In this document: in pieces, positions 27,670-36,687 of the stretch
Layout: each line of letters begins with the position of its first letter
How positions within the stretch are numbered: position 1 is the stretch's first letter
Assembly: GCA_963594675.1 (NCBI GenBank)
Contig: CAVBGA010000187.1
Location: forward strand, 19 to 64,018
Origin: Lachnospiraceae bacterium
Lineage (GTDB): Bacteria; Bacillota; Clostridia; Lachnospirales; Lachnospiraceae
Length of the DNA: 64,000 nt
Direction: 5' to 3'
Translations under genes and position numbers: made by a program
Notes under the pieces: model-generated
Told to the model about the DNA's origin: nothing
The model's database searches: none
The model's input: the letters and a program-made list of their open reading frames with translations, nothing else

Positions 27670-28509
27670 ATGAATACGAAAAAGAAAAATTTCTTTCTGA
27701 GATATAAAACATTTACTATTTTCGGAATTCTGGCCATTCTTATTATTTTAGCGGCTATTTTTGCACCTATCGTGTCCGGAGGAATTGATCCTACGGCGGG
27801 TAATCTGCAGGATGCCGTGTTAGCGCCCAGCTCTGAGCACATCTTTGGTACAGATAAGATGGGCCGTGATATTTTTGCCCGTGTAATTTACGGAGCAAGA
27901 GTATCTCTGGTAGCAGCATTTTCTGTTGTACTTTTATCATTTGCCATTGGTGCTGTTCTTGGTGTATTGGCTGGCTATTTTGGTAAATTGGTGGATGCAG
28001 TCATCATGCGTATTGCAGATATGATGGTATCCTTCCCAGGTCTGGTGCTTGCTATGGCGGTGGCAGGTATTTTGGGTGCTAGTATTCGTAATGCGGTTTT
28101 GGCTATTGCGGTAGTAACTTGGCCAAAATATGCCCGACTTGCCAGATCTTTGGTAATGAAGATTAGAGACAGAGAATATGTGGCGGCAGCAATCGTAACT
28201 GGTTCCAAAACCCCTTACATGCTGATTCACTATATGCTTCCCAATGCCCTTCCTACCTTGGTAGTTACGGCAGCGACAGATATTGGTTCCCTTATGTTGG
28301 AACTGGCAGGTCTGTCCTTCCTGGGCTTCGGTGCAGTATCACCTACGCCGGAATGGGGACTTATGCTGAGTGAAGGCCGTGCTTATATGCAGACAGCGCC
28401 CTGGCTTATGGTATTCCCAGGTCTTGCAATCTTTATCACTGTTGTTGTATTTAACATGCTCGGAGATGGTCTGCGAGATATCTTAGACCCAAAGAGCAAT
28501 GAAGACTAG
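27670..28509 (+). CDS. ABC transporter permease (DppC/NikC-like)
   Basis: 279 aa membrane protein immediately following the first permease. Confidence 0.9.
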   Translation: MNTKKKNFFLRYKTFTIFGILAILIILAAIFAPIVSGGIDPTAGNLQDAVLAPSSEHIFGTDKMGRDIFARVIYGARVSLVAAFSVVLLSFAIGAVLGVLAGYFGKLVDAVIMRIADMMVSFPGLVLAMAVAGILGASIRNAVLAIAVVTWPKYARLARSLVMKIRDREYVAAAIVTGSKTPYMLIHYMLPNALPTLVVTAATDIGSLMLELAGLSFLGFGAVSPTPEWGLMLSEGRAYMQTAPWLMVFPGLAIFITVVVFNMLGDGLRDILDPKSNED

Positions 28510-28521
28510 GAGGTAAGTAAT

Positions 28522-29310
28522 ATGGCAATGCTTGAAGTGAAAAATATTACCATCTCCTACGGAAACCAGCCAACCGTTAAAAACTTTTCCATGACCTTGG
28601 AAAAGGGAGAAATCTGTTCCTTGGTTGGAGAATCCGGAAGCGGTAAGACTACGGTGATTCGTGCAATTTTCGGTCTCTTGGCCGGAGGCGGCAAGGTGAC
28701 AGAAGGAGATATTATCTTTGAAGGCGAATCCCTGCTTTCTTATTCTAAAAACAAATGGAGAGAACTCAGAGGGACACAGATTTCAATGATCTTCCAGGAT
28801 TCCGGTGCTATGATGAATCCTACCAAGAAGATTGGCTCTGTATTTACAGAATATATTCGTACTCATGAAAAAATTTCTAAAAAGGATGCCTGGGCTAAGG
28901 GCATAGATATGCTGGAGCGTATGCGTCTTCCTTCCGGAGACAATATTATGCGCAGCTATCCTTTCCAGTTGTCCGGTGGTATGCGGCAGAGAGTGGGTAT
29001 TGCTATGGGAATGACATATCAGCCCAAACTTCTGTTGGCAGACGAGCCTACTTCTGCTCTTGATGTGACTACACAGGCACAGATTGTCCGTCAGATGATG
29101 GAATTGAGAGAAGAATATGGCACCAGTATTATCGTCGTTACTCATAACCTGGGTGTGGCTTCCTATATGGCAGATCAATTGATCGTCATGAAGGATGGTC
29201 TGATCGAGGATGAGGGTGACAGAAATTATATACTGAAGGAATCTCAGAACGCATATACAAAGAAACTTCTTGATGCGGTTCCGTCTATAGGAGGTGCGCG
29301 TTATGTCTGA
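28522..29310 (+). CDS. ABC transporter ATP-binding protein (DppD/NikD-like)
   Basis: Walker A GESGSGKT, signature LSGGMRQR, Walker B LLLADEPTSALD. Confidence 0.9.
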   Translation: MAMLEVKNITISYGNQPTVKNFSMTLEKGEICSLVGESGSGKTTVIRAIFGLLAGGGKVTEGDIIFEGESLLSYSKNKWRELRGTQISMIFQDSGAMMNPTKKIGSVFTEYIRTHEKISKKDAWAKGIDMLERMRLPSGDNIMRSYPFQLSGGMRQRVGIAMGMTYQPKLLLADEPTSALDVTTQAQIVRQMMELREEYGTSIIVVTHNLGVASYMADQLIVMKDGLIEDEGDRNYILKESQNAYTKKLLDAVPSIGGARYV

Positions 29311-30274
29311 TGAAAAAGAGCTGATCCTTGAGGCGAAACATATTACAAGAAAATTCCCGGCAGCAGGAGGTAAGACTCTGACTGCTTGTAATGATATCAA
29401 CCTTAAGTTTTACAAGGGTAAGACCTTGGGCCTGGTTGGAGAATCCGGTTGCGGTAAATCCACTTTTATGAGATTTTTAGTTTCTTTGGATACTCCCACA
29501 GAAGGTCAGATTATTTTTAAAGGGGAAGATATTACAAAATTAAAAGGAGAGAAGCTGAGACAAAATCGTCAGCATATTCAGATGGTTTTTCAGGATCCCA
29601 GTTCTTCCTTTAATCCCAAAATGAAGATCAGGGACATCATCTGCGAGCCCCTGATGAACTTTAAAAGAATTAAGGCTTCTGAAAAGGATGCGGCCGCCAG
29701 AAAACTTCTGGAGATGGTAGAACTTCCGGGAGATATGGCAGATCGTTATCCCCATAATATGTCCGGTGGTCAGCGTCAGCGTGTAGCTATTGCAAGAGCT
29801 TTGGCTTTGGAGCCGGAAGTAATCGTTATGGATGAGGCGACCAGTGCTTTGGACGTATCGGTACAGAAGACGATTATTGAATTGATCACAAGGCTGCAGA
29901 GAGAAAGAAATATTACCATCGGCTTTATTTGTCATGATATTGGTCTGGTACAGTCTTTTGCTCATGAGATTGCAGTTATGTATCTTGGCAATATTGTAGA
30001 GACTATGCCGGGAGAGGATATTGGCGAGCATGCGATGCACCCCTATACCCAGGCTCTTTTGGGATCTGTCTTTGATATCAAGATGGATTTTTCCAAGAAA
30101 ATCGAGAGCATCGAAAGTGAGGCTCCAAGTCCCTTAGACATGCCTCAGGGATGTCCTTTCTGTGATCGTTGTGACCGCTGTATGGATATTTGCAAAAGTG
30201 AGAAACCTAAATTGGTGGAAGTTGCCAAGGACCATGAGGTAGCTTGTCATCTTTACTCCCAGGGGAAAAATTAA
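29303..30274 (+). CDS. ABC transporter ATP-binding protein (DppF/NikE-like) with Cys-rich C-terminal extension
   Basis: Walker A GESGCGKS, signature MSGGQRQR. C-terminal CPFCDRCDRCMDIC. The start overlaps the upstream stop. Confidence 0.9.
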   Translation: MSDEKELILEAKHITRKFPAAGGKTLTACNDINLKFYKGKTLGLVGESGCGKSTFMRFLVSLDTPTEGQIIFKGEDITKLKGEKLRQNRQHIQMVFQDPSSSFNPKMKIRDIICEPLMNFKRIKASEKDAAARKLLEMVELPGDMADRYPHNMSGGQRQRVAIARALALEPEVIVMDEATSALDVSVQKTIIELITRLQRERNITIGFICHDIGLVQSFAHEIAVMYLGNIVETMPGEDIGEHAMHPYTQALLGSVFDIKMDFSKKIESIESEAPSPLDMPQGCPFCDRCDRCMDICKSEKPKLVEVAKDHEVACHLYSQGKN

Positions 30275-30347
30275 AGAAAAATAGTCTTTACTAAGTGCAA
30301 ATGTAAAGTCAAGAGAAGAGATATAGCATTTTGGAAGTCAAAAAAAC

Positions 30348-30376
30348 TTGCACTTTGCTAAAAAAAGGAATATATA
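30348..30376 (+). promoter_or_regulatory. sigma-A-type promoter TTGCAC-17 nt-TATATA
   Basis: Good -35/-10 match with 17-nt spacing, about 135 nt upstream of the HMA-domain gene. Confidence 0.5.
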
Positions 30377-30511
30377 TATTGTTGGGTGGTCGGTTAGTTA
30401 AGACAAAACGACAGGACAATCTCCACCGGACATAGGGTATATCTTAGAAAGAAATGTACGCAAGAGCGTTCATTATAAAACAAAAATTAATCAAAGAAAG
30501 GGTTAACAATT

Positions 30512-30730
30512 ATGAAAAAAACTTACAAAATCGACGTTGATTGCGCAGCTTGTGCAGAGAAGATGGAAGTAGCAGCTAAAGGCACAGAGGGTGTTAAAGA
30601 CGCAACTGTAAGCTTTATGACACTGAAAATGAAAGTTGAATTCGACGAAGGTGCAGATGTTGAAACTGTTATGCAGAATGTTCGCACAAACTGCAAAAAA
30701 GTTGAGGACGACTGTGAAGTATTTATCTAA
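30512..30730 (+). CDS. heavy-metal-associated (HMA) domain metallochaperone-like protein
   Basis: 72 aa with CxxC motif (DCAACAEKME) in a ferredoxin-like HMA pattern. Confidence 0.85.
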   Translation: MKKTYKIDVDCAACAEKMEVAAKGTEGVKDATVSFMTLKMKVEFDEGADVETVMQNVRTNCKKVEDDCEVFI

Positions 30731-30767
30731 TATCTGATTGTTCGTAAAGAATAAACACTGCTGAAGG

Positions 30768-30810
30768 CGGCTGCAGGAAGGTGAAAAAGCCTGCCTGCAG
30801 CCGTTTTTCT
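30768..30810 (+). terminator. intra-operon terminator/attenuator hairpin
   Basis: GGCGGCTGCAGG .. CCTGCAGCCG followed by TTTTT, between the HMA gene and the ATPase gene. Confidence 0.6.
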
Positions 30811-30817
30811 GTTGCCA

Positions 30818-30857
30818 TGTATCCGGAGGGAGCTACCGGTGGCAGGTCCTGCAGGTA
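30818..30857. repeat. 40-nt repeat, copy 2 (TGTATCCG-N13-GTGGCAGGTCCTGCAGGTA)
   Basis: See 22467-22506. It ends 29 nt before the ATPase start codon. Confidence 0.7.
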
Positions 30858-30885
30858 ACTGTATTTCGTAATTGAAGGAGTAGTT

Positions 30886-32796
30886 ATGAATAAAAAACAA
30901 AAACGTCTATTGATTCGCATCATAATTGCGGCAATTTTCTTTGTGCCTTTATATCTGATTTCAGAAGGAATTGTTGATGTGAACATGCCTAAGCCGGCAT
31001 TGATCATTCTTTTCTTGATTCCTTATCTGACAGTAGGATATGACATATTAAGAAAAGCCTTTTTGGGTATTAAGAATAAGCAGGTATTTGACGAGTCTTT
31101 CCTTATGACAGTAGCAACTGTCGGCGCCATTGTACTTGGTGAGTATGGTGAGGGTGTTGCCGTTATGTTGCTTTTCCAGGTAGGAGAATTGTTCCAGTCT
31201 TATGCCGTAGGAAAGAGCCGTCGCAATATTTCTGACCTGATGGATATCCGTCCGGATTATGCTAATATTGAGGTGGACGGTCAGTTAGAACAGGTAGACC
31301 CTGATGAAGTAGAAGTGGGAAGCATTATTGTGGTACAGCCTGGTGAGAAAATTCCTCTTGATGGTGTGATTAAAGAAGGTAGTTCCGCGCTGAATACCAG
31401 TGCTCTGACAGGTGAAAGTAAACCTGTTGATGTGGCGCCAGGACAGACGGTTCTTAGTGGAAGCATCAATATGACAGGTGTTCTTAAGATAGAGACCACC
31501 ACAGAATTTGATGAATCTACAGCTTCTAAGATTCTGGACCTTGTAGAGAATGCAGCTTCCAGAAAATCAAAATCTGAGAACTTTATTTCCAAATTTGCCC
31601 GTGTGTACACACCTATTGTGTGTTATGCAGCTTTGGCTCTTGCTATTCTTCCGCCTCTTTTCATTATGCTTACAGGAATTGGTGGAGCTGGCTATGCGAG
31701 TACAGGAGCCATCTGGAGTGACTGGGTGCTTCGTGCTTGTACTTTCTTGGTAATTAGCTGTCCTTGTGCAGTAGTAATCAGTATCCCATTGAGTTTCTTC
31801 GCAGGAATTGGTGGAGCCAGCAGTCAGGGTGTTCTGGTGAAGGGTTCCAACTATTTGGAAACTCTTTCTGAGGTATCTGTTATTGCCTTTGATAAAACAG
31901 GAACGATTACTAAGGGTAATTTTGAGGTAACAGCCATTCATCACAACCCTATGGATGACAAGAAGCTTCTGGAGTATGCGGCACTTGCAGAGTGTCATTC
32001 CTCCCATCCTATCAGCCTTAGTCTTCAGAAGGCTTATGCTGGTAAACTTGACCAGTCCAGAGTAACAGATCTTCAGGAGATCAGTGGCCATGGTATTATG
32101 GCTAAGGTAGATGGCAAGAATGTTGCTATCGGTAATGAAAAAATGATGAAAAAAGTGGGCGTGGAAGCACACACATGCCACCATACAGGAACGATTATTC
32201 ATATAGCTATTGATGGAGAGTATTGTGGACATATCGTTATTTCTGACGAGTTGAAACCTACTTCTAAAGAAGCTATGGCAGAGCTGAAGCATGCAGGCGT
32301 AGAAAAGACGGTTATGCTGACAGGAGATGCTGAGGCAGTTGCAAAGAAGGTTGCTGCAGAGGTTGGACTTACCGATTACAGAGCAGAGCTTCTTCCGGCT
32401 GATAAAGTAACTGCTGTAGAAGAGCTTTTGGCTGAGTGTAAGGGAGGAAAGAGACTGGCCTTTGTTGGTGATGGTATTAATGATGCACCAGTTCTGTCTC
32501 GTGCTGACATCGGTATTGCTATGGGTGCTCTTGGATCAGATGCTGCCATTGAGGCAGCTGACATCGTTCTGATGGATGATGATCCTCTTAAGATTGCTAA
32601 GGCAATTAAGATTTCCAGAAAGTGTCTGGGAATTGTGAAACAGAACATCATCTTCGCTCTTGGCGTTAAAATCCTTTGTCTGATACTTGCAGCCTTTGGT
32701 ATCGCCAATATGTGGGTAGCAATCATTGCCGATGTAGGTGTTATGATTCTGGCCGTATTGAATGCTATCCGTTGTCTCTTTGTGAAGAACTTATGA
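30886..32796 (+). CDS. heavy-metal translocating P1B-type ATPase (Zn/Cd/Pb-type signature), lacking an N-terminal HMA domain
   Basis: 636 aa with TGES, CPCAVVISIP (CPCx4SxP), DKTGT, GDGINDAP, N-x7-K (NIIFALGVK) and DVG in the last TM. Confidence 0.9.
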   Translation: MNKKQKRLLIRIIIAAIFFVPLYLISEGIVDVNMPKPALIILFLIPYLTVGYDILRKAFLGIKNKQVFDESFLMTVATVGAIVLGEYGEGVAVMLLFQVGELFQSYAVGKSRRNISDLMDIRPDYANIEVDGQLEQVDPDEVEVGSIIVVQPGEKIPLDGVIKEGSSALNTSALTGESKPVDVAPGQTVLSGSINMTGVLKIETTTEFDESTASKILDLVENAASRKSKSENFISKFARVYTPIVCYAALALAILPPLFIMLTGIGGAGYASTGAIWSDWVLRACTFLVISCPCAVVISIPLSFFAGIGGASSQGVLVKGSNYLETLSEVSVIAFDKTGTITKGNFEVTAIHHNPMDDKKLLEYAALAECHSSHPISLSLQKAYAGKLDQSRVTDLQEISGHGIMAKVDGKNVAIGNEKMMKKVGVEAHTCHHTGTIIHIAIDGEYCGHIVISDELKPTSKEAMAELKHAGVEKTVMLTGDAEAVAKKVAAEVGLTDYRAELLPADKVTAVEELLAECKGGKRLAFVGDGINDAPVLSRADIGIAMGALGSDAAIEAADIVLMDDDPLKIAKAIKISRKCLGIVKQNIIFALGVKILCLILAAFGIANMWVAIIADVGVMILAVLNAIRCLFVKNL

Positions 32797-34145
32797 AAAA
32801 ATCAACAAAAGACCTGACAGTGGGAACTCCTTGGAAGGCGATTATTATGTTTGCCCTGCCTTTGCTTGGCAGTTCCCTAATCCAGCAAATGTATGGAACG
32901 GTGGATCTGTTTTTTGTCAGCAGATATCTAGGTACCAATGCAGCCTCTGCTGTAGGAGCCAGTGATCTTCTGGTTACATGTCTGGTAGGACTTTTTACAG
33001 GAATTTCCGTAGGTTCCAATGTGGTTGCTGCACAAGCCTTTGGCGCAAAGGATAAAGAGCGACTTCATGAACTGATTCAGACCATGGTAACCTTTGGTGT
33101 GATTGGTGCTCTTGTTTTATTGGCAATTGGTGAGCTTTTCGCGCCCACCTTCTTGCAATGGCTGAACACGCCGGAAAGCATTCAGCCCTTGGCGGTAACT
33201 TATTTAAGAATTTATTTCTTATGTATTTTCAGCATTGTTTTATATAATCTCTGCTCTGGAGTTGTGAGAGCTTTGGGAGACTCTGCTGCGGCCATGCGCT
33301 TCCAGATTTATGGTGGCTTAGCCAACGTGGTAATGGATTTTCTTATGATTGTATTCTTGAAATGGGGCGTTGCCGGTGCAGCTTTGGCTACATTCCTGTC
33401 TCAGACTACGGCAGCTTTCTTTACCATCCGTTATCTGATGCGTTTGGAAAGGGAAATTCGCTTGGATCTTAAGCAGCCCATGATCAATGGCTATCTGTTA
33501 AAGAAGGTACTGGCGGTAGGAATTCCCTCAGGTGTTCAATCTATGATCGTCACTTTTGCCAATCTTTTGGTGCAGGCGGTGATCAATGGTTTTGGTGTTG
33601 CGGTTATCGCAGCCTTTGTGGTGTATTTCAAGGTGGAACTTTTCATTTGGTATCCCCTGGTGGCCATTGGTCAGGCCCTGGTTACTTATACAGCTCAGAA
33701 TATCGGGGCAGGACGCAAGGATCGTGTCAAGAGTGGAGCCGTTACAGGGGTTATTCTTGGGGTTGTAGTGTGTCTGGTACTTGGCAATCTCCTTCGCTTT
33801 TTCGCACCTCAGATTTTCGGACTTTTCAATCCGGATACCGAGGTGATCGAGGCAGGAGTTTCCATTGTATCCGTAACCTTCCCATTGTATTTCCTTTGCT
33901 GTTTTCAGGATGCTTTTGGAAGTGTCTTGAAAGGTTTCGGCAACGGAACCTGGCCTATGGTGGTTAGTGTATGCTTTCTTTGCATATTCCGAGTTGTTAT
34001 ACTTTATGCTTTTAATGCAAAATGGCATACCATTGCAACGGTAGCAGCGGTATATCCTATCACCTGGGCGGCGGCAGGCCTTTTTATGTTCCTGGCCTTG
34101 CTTATCTTTATGAGAAAATATAATCAGGGAATGAATAGAAAATAA
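32793..34145 (+). CDS. MATE family efflux transporter
   Basis: Start MKKSTKDL overlaps the ATPase stop (ATGA). About 12 TM segments. The upstream extension of the ORF (from 32676) lies inside the ATPase gene. Confidence 0.85.
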   Translation: MKKSTKDLTVGTPWKAIIMFALPLLGSSLIQQMYGTVDLFFVSRYLGTNAASAVGASDLLVTCLVGLFTGISVGSNVVAAQAFGAKDKERLHELIQTMVTFGVIGALVLLAIGELFAPTFLQWLNTPESIQPLAVTYLRIYFLCIFSIVLYNLCSGVVRALGDSAAAMRFQIYGGLANVVMDFLMIVFLKWGVAGAALATFLSQTTAAFFTIRYLMRLEREIRLDLKQPMINGYLLKKVLAVGIPSGVQSMIVTFANLLVQAVINGFGVAVIAAFVVYFKVELFIWYPLVAIGQALVTYTAQNIGAGRKDRVKSGAVTGVILGVVVCLVLGNLLRFFAPQIFGLFNPDTEVIEAGVSIVSVTFPLYFLCCFQDAFGSVLKGFGNGTWPMVVSVCFLCIFRVVILYAFNAKWHTIATVAAVYPITWAAAGLFMFLALLIFMRKYNQGMNRK

Positions 34146-34237
34146 TGTACGAATCCACAATCTCGCTATATAATCTGATATAGCGAGATTGTTTTATGCA
34201 AAAATCAGAAAGTCCTATCTGACGGAAAGGGGTATTT

Positions 34238-35152
34238 ATGGATTTGAAACAGCTAGAATATTTTGTAACCTGTGCAAAGCTTTCTTCGCTGACAAAAGCG
34301 GCGGATGCCTTATACACCACCCAGCCCCATGTCAGTATGGTAATCCGATCCTTGGAAAAAGAATTAAATATGTCTCTTTTTAAGAGACAATCAAAAGGTG
34401 TTGTTCTGACAGATGAAGGTATGCAGATTTATGGATATGCGGAAAAAACCTTGAAAGATGCAGATATGGTGCGGCAGGCCAGTCGGGAAAAAGGCGGCAG
34501 TTGGCTTCGCATTGCCTCCAATCCCAGCAGCTATATGGCTTCAGTTTTAGCCAATTATTATGGGCGCCTTCAGGAGAAGGGAATCACCCTTTGCTTCACA
34601 GAATGCGGAATCGAGGAAATGCTGGATCGTATGGCTACAGAACAGTACGATCTGGGATTTGTCTTTGCTCCTATGGATCGAAAATATGCCTTGGATCTAA
34701 TGGCAAGAAAACGCCGTCTGGAATATGTAGAACTTTTCCGTTCCGGGCTGGTGGTACATGCAGGAGAAAAACATCCCTGCTTTCATCGCAACTCCATTCG
34801 GCCATCAGAACTGGCGGATTTTTCTTATATTCAGGCGGATGATGATTATTTTACAGTTCAGGAATGGCTGGGAGAACATAAAAAAAATGATCCGGATTCT
34901 TATCGGTTGACTCGTGTTATTTCCACAAATAGTGATCATATGATGATCCGGATGCTGCAGCAGGGAACGGTCTGTAATCTGGGAAGCTACTGGATTCGGG
35001 AGAAATTTAAGGAATATAATTTCCGCATGATCCCTGTGGAAGGATATGAAGACAGGATCTCTTTCGGATATCTGAAGGCGGAGAATGAGCCTTTGAGGGA
35101 CGCTGCCTGGGAGTTTATGGAGTATCTTCAGGATGAGATATTGAGTAGGTAG
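34238..35152 (+). CDS. LysR family transcriptional regulator
   Basis: 304 aa with HTH LEYFVTCAKLSSLTKAADALYTTQPHVSMVIRSLEKELNMSLF. Confidence 0.9.
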   Translation: MDLKQLEYFVTCAKLSSLTKAADALYTTQPHVSMVIRSLEKELNMSLFKRQSKGVVLTDEGMQIYGYAEKTLKDADMVRQASREKGGSWLRIASNPSSYMASVLANYYGRLQEKGITLCFTECGIEEMLDRMATEQYDLGFVFAPMDRKYALDLMARKRRLEYVELFRSGLVVHAGEKHPCFHRNSIRPSELADFSYIQADDDYFTVQEWLGEHKKNDPDSYRLTRVISTNSDHMMIRMLQQGTVCNLGSYWIREKFKEYNFRMIPVEGYEDRISFGYLKAENEPLRDAAWEFMEYLQDEILSR

Positions 35153-35216
35153 AATAGCGTTCTTTTTAGGGGCGTTTAATCGGATGTTATTTAAGTAACA
35201 AATTCTAATCACGGTA

Positions 35217-36590
35217 ATGAAAGGTAAAAAAATGACATTCTTTTCGAAGAATCACACATTCTACAAGCGTTTATTCACCATATTGCTGACAGTATCCTTG
35301 CAAAATATTGTCGCTTACAGCGTCAATATGGCGGATAATCTGATGCTGGGCAGTTATTCCCAGGTGACTCTTTCCGGAGCAGCAACGGTAAATCAGATAT
35401 TTTTTATCATTCAGCAGCTTTCGGTTGCCATCTGTGATGCGGTGGTCATAATCGGATCTCAGTATTGGGGAAAAAGAAATGTAGCGTCCTTGCGGAAGGT
35501 TGGGGGCTGTGGACTGAAGCTGTCTATTGGAGGCGGAATTCTTACCTGGTTGATTTGTTTTATGTTTCCGGGGCAGTTGATTGCTTTATTTACTCCGGAT
35601 GAGGCGATTGCCTCCGAGGGCATGGCCTATATGTCCTTGATTAAATATACTTTTATCTTGTTTTTGATTACACAGACCATCCTTGCTACGTTGCGCTGCG
35701 CGGATACGGTGCGTATTGCTTTTATCGTATCCTGTATTTCTCTTTTGATAAATGTGGGAGCGAACTATTGTCTGATCTTTGGTAAGTTCGGGGCACCGGA
35801 GTTAGGTATTCGAGGGGCTGCCATAGGTACTTTAATTGCCAGAATCGTAGAGCTTCTTACTGTTCTTTTTTATGCCATAAAGATAGATCGCAAGATACAG
35901 ATTTTTCGTGGTAATCCATTTAAAAAAGATAAGAACATCAGTCATGATTTTTATGTTTTGGCAAGCCGGGTTCTTATGCAGGATCTTTTGTGGGCTCTTT
36001 CTATTCCTCTGCAGAGTGCGATTCTGGGACATTTAAGTTCGGATGCCATTGCAGCTAATTCCATTGCTACGACCTTTTATCAATATTTGAAGGTGATTGT
36101 TCGTGCCATGGCGTCGGCTTCTACAGTAATGATTGGAACGGCTATTGGTCGAGGCAATATGGGAGAGGTAAAAGCGGAAGCCCGCACCTTGAGTTTATTA
36201 GATTTGTTACTGGGCCTCGTGTTAGGATTGGCTCTGTATTTGCTGCACAAGCCTTTGCTTAGTCTTTATTCTTTGACAGATTCGGCATATGTTATGGCAG
36301 ATCAGCTTTTGATTCTTATGGCGGTTCTTATGGTCTTTATGAGCTATATGATGCCGGTAATGAATGGAATTCTTCGAGGTGGCGGAGATGCAAATTTTAC
36401 CCTTTTGTTAAATATGATCAGTACTTGGGCTGTGGTGGTTCCCCTGTCCTTCATCAGTGCTTTTGTGTGGAAACTTCCCGTAGTTTGGGTGGTGTTCTTT
36501 TCCCAGTGTGACCAGATTTATAAGGCACCTATTGTATTTTGGCGTTTTTGCGGTTATAAATGGATGAAGCAGTTGACCAGAGATAATTAA
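35217..36590 (+). CDS. MATE family efflux transporter
   Basis: 457 aa, 12-TM pattern. The start is ambiguous (35217 or 35232). Confidence 0.85.
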   Translation: MKGKKMTFFSKNHTFYKRLFTILLTVSLQNIVAYSVNMADNLMLGSYSQVTLSGAATVNQIFFIIQQLSVAICDAVVIIGSQYWGKRNVASLRKVGGCGLKLSIGGGILTWLICFMFPGQLIALFTPDEAIASEGMAYMSLIKYTFILFLITQTILATLRCADTVRIAFIVSCISLLINVGANYCLIFGKFGAPELGIRGAAIGTLIARIVELLTVLFYAIKIDRKIQIFRGNPFKKDKNISHDFYVLASRVLMQDLLWALSIPLQSAILGHLSSDAIAANSIATTFYQYLKVIVRAMASASTVMIGTAIGRGNMGEVKAEARTLSLLDLLLGLVLGLALYLLHKPLLSLYSLTDSAYVMADQLLILMAVLMVFMSYMMPVMNGILRGGGDANFTLLLNMISTWAVVVPLSFISAFVWKLPVVWVVFFSQCDQIYKAPIVFWRFCGYKWMKQLTRDN

Positions 36591-36603
36591 AAGAAAAAAA
36601 TAT

Positions 36604-36658
36604 AAAAAAGAAGTGCTACAGTAAGAAAGATGATTCCTACGGCGGCACTTCTTTTTTA
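36604..36658. terminator. bidirectional terminator hairpin
   Basis: A-run, AAGAAGTGC .. GCACTTCTT, then a T-run, between convergent genes. Confidence 0.6.
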
Positions 36659-36687
36659 GGTTCTGCAGTTAAAATATAGGCAGATAC

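Noticed and set aside
30731-30885. NiCo (czcD-type) riboswitch between the HMA gene and the ATPase gene
   Set aside because: The idea rests on context and CTGCAGG/GGCAG-like strings, but I cannot reproduce the family consensus from memory. The best-conserved 40-nt block also occurs in the opposite orientation relative to the nearest gene at the second locus. It is left as an unassigned repeat pending an Infernal search.
31567-32292. 241-aa ORF on the minus strand
   Set aside because: It is antisense to the P1B-ATPase gene. It is a shadow ORF. The same reasoning applies to 33528-34160, 28783-29400, 21117-21707, 22694-23278, 6012-6647 and 1067-1606.
32676-32792. N-terminal 39-codon extension of the MATE ORF
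   Set aside because: The extension lies within the ATPase coding region in another frame. The MATE-like sequence begins at MKKSTKDL (32793), which overlaps the ATPase stop.
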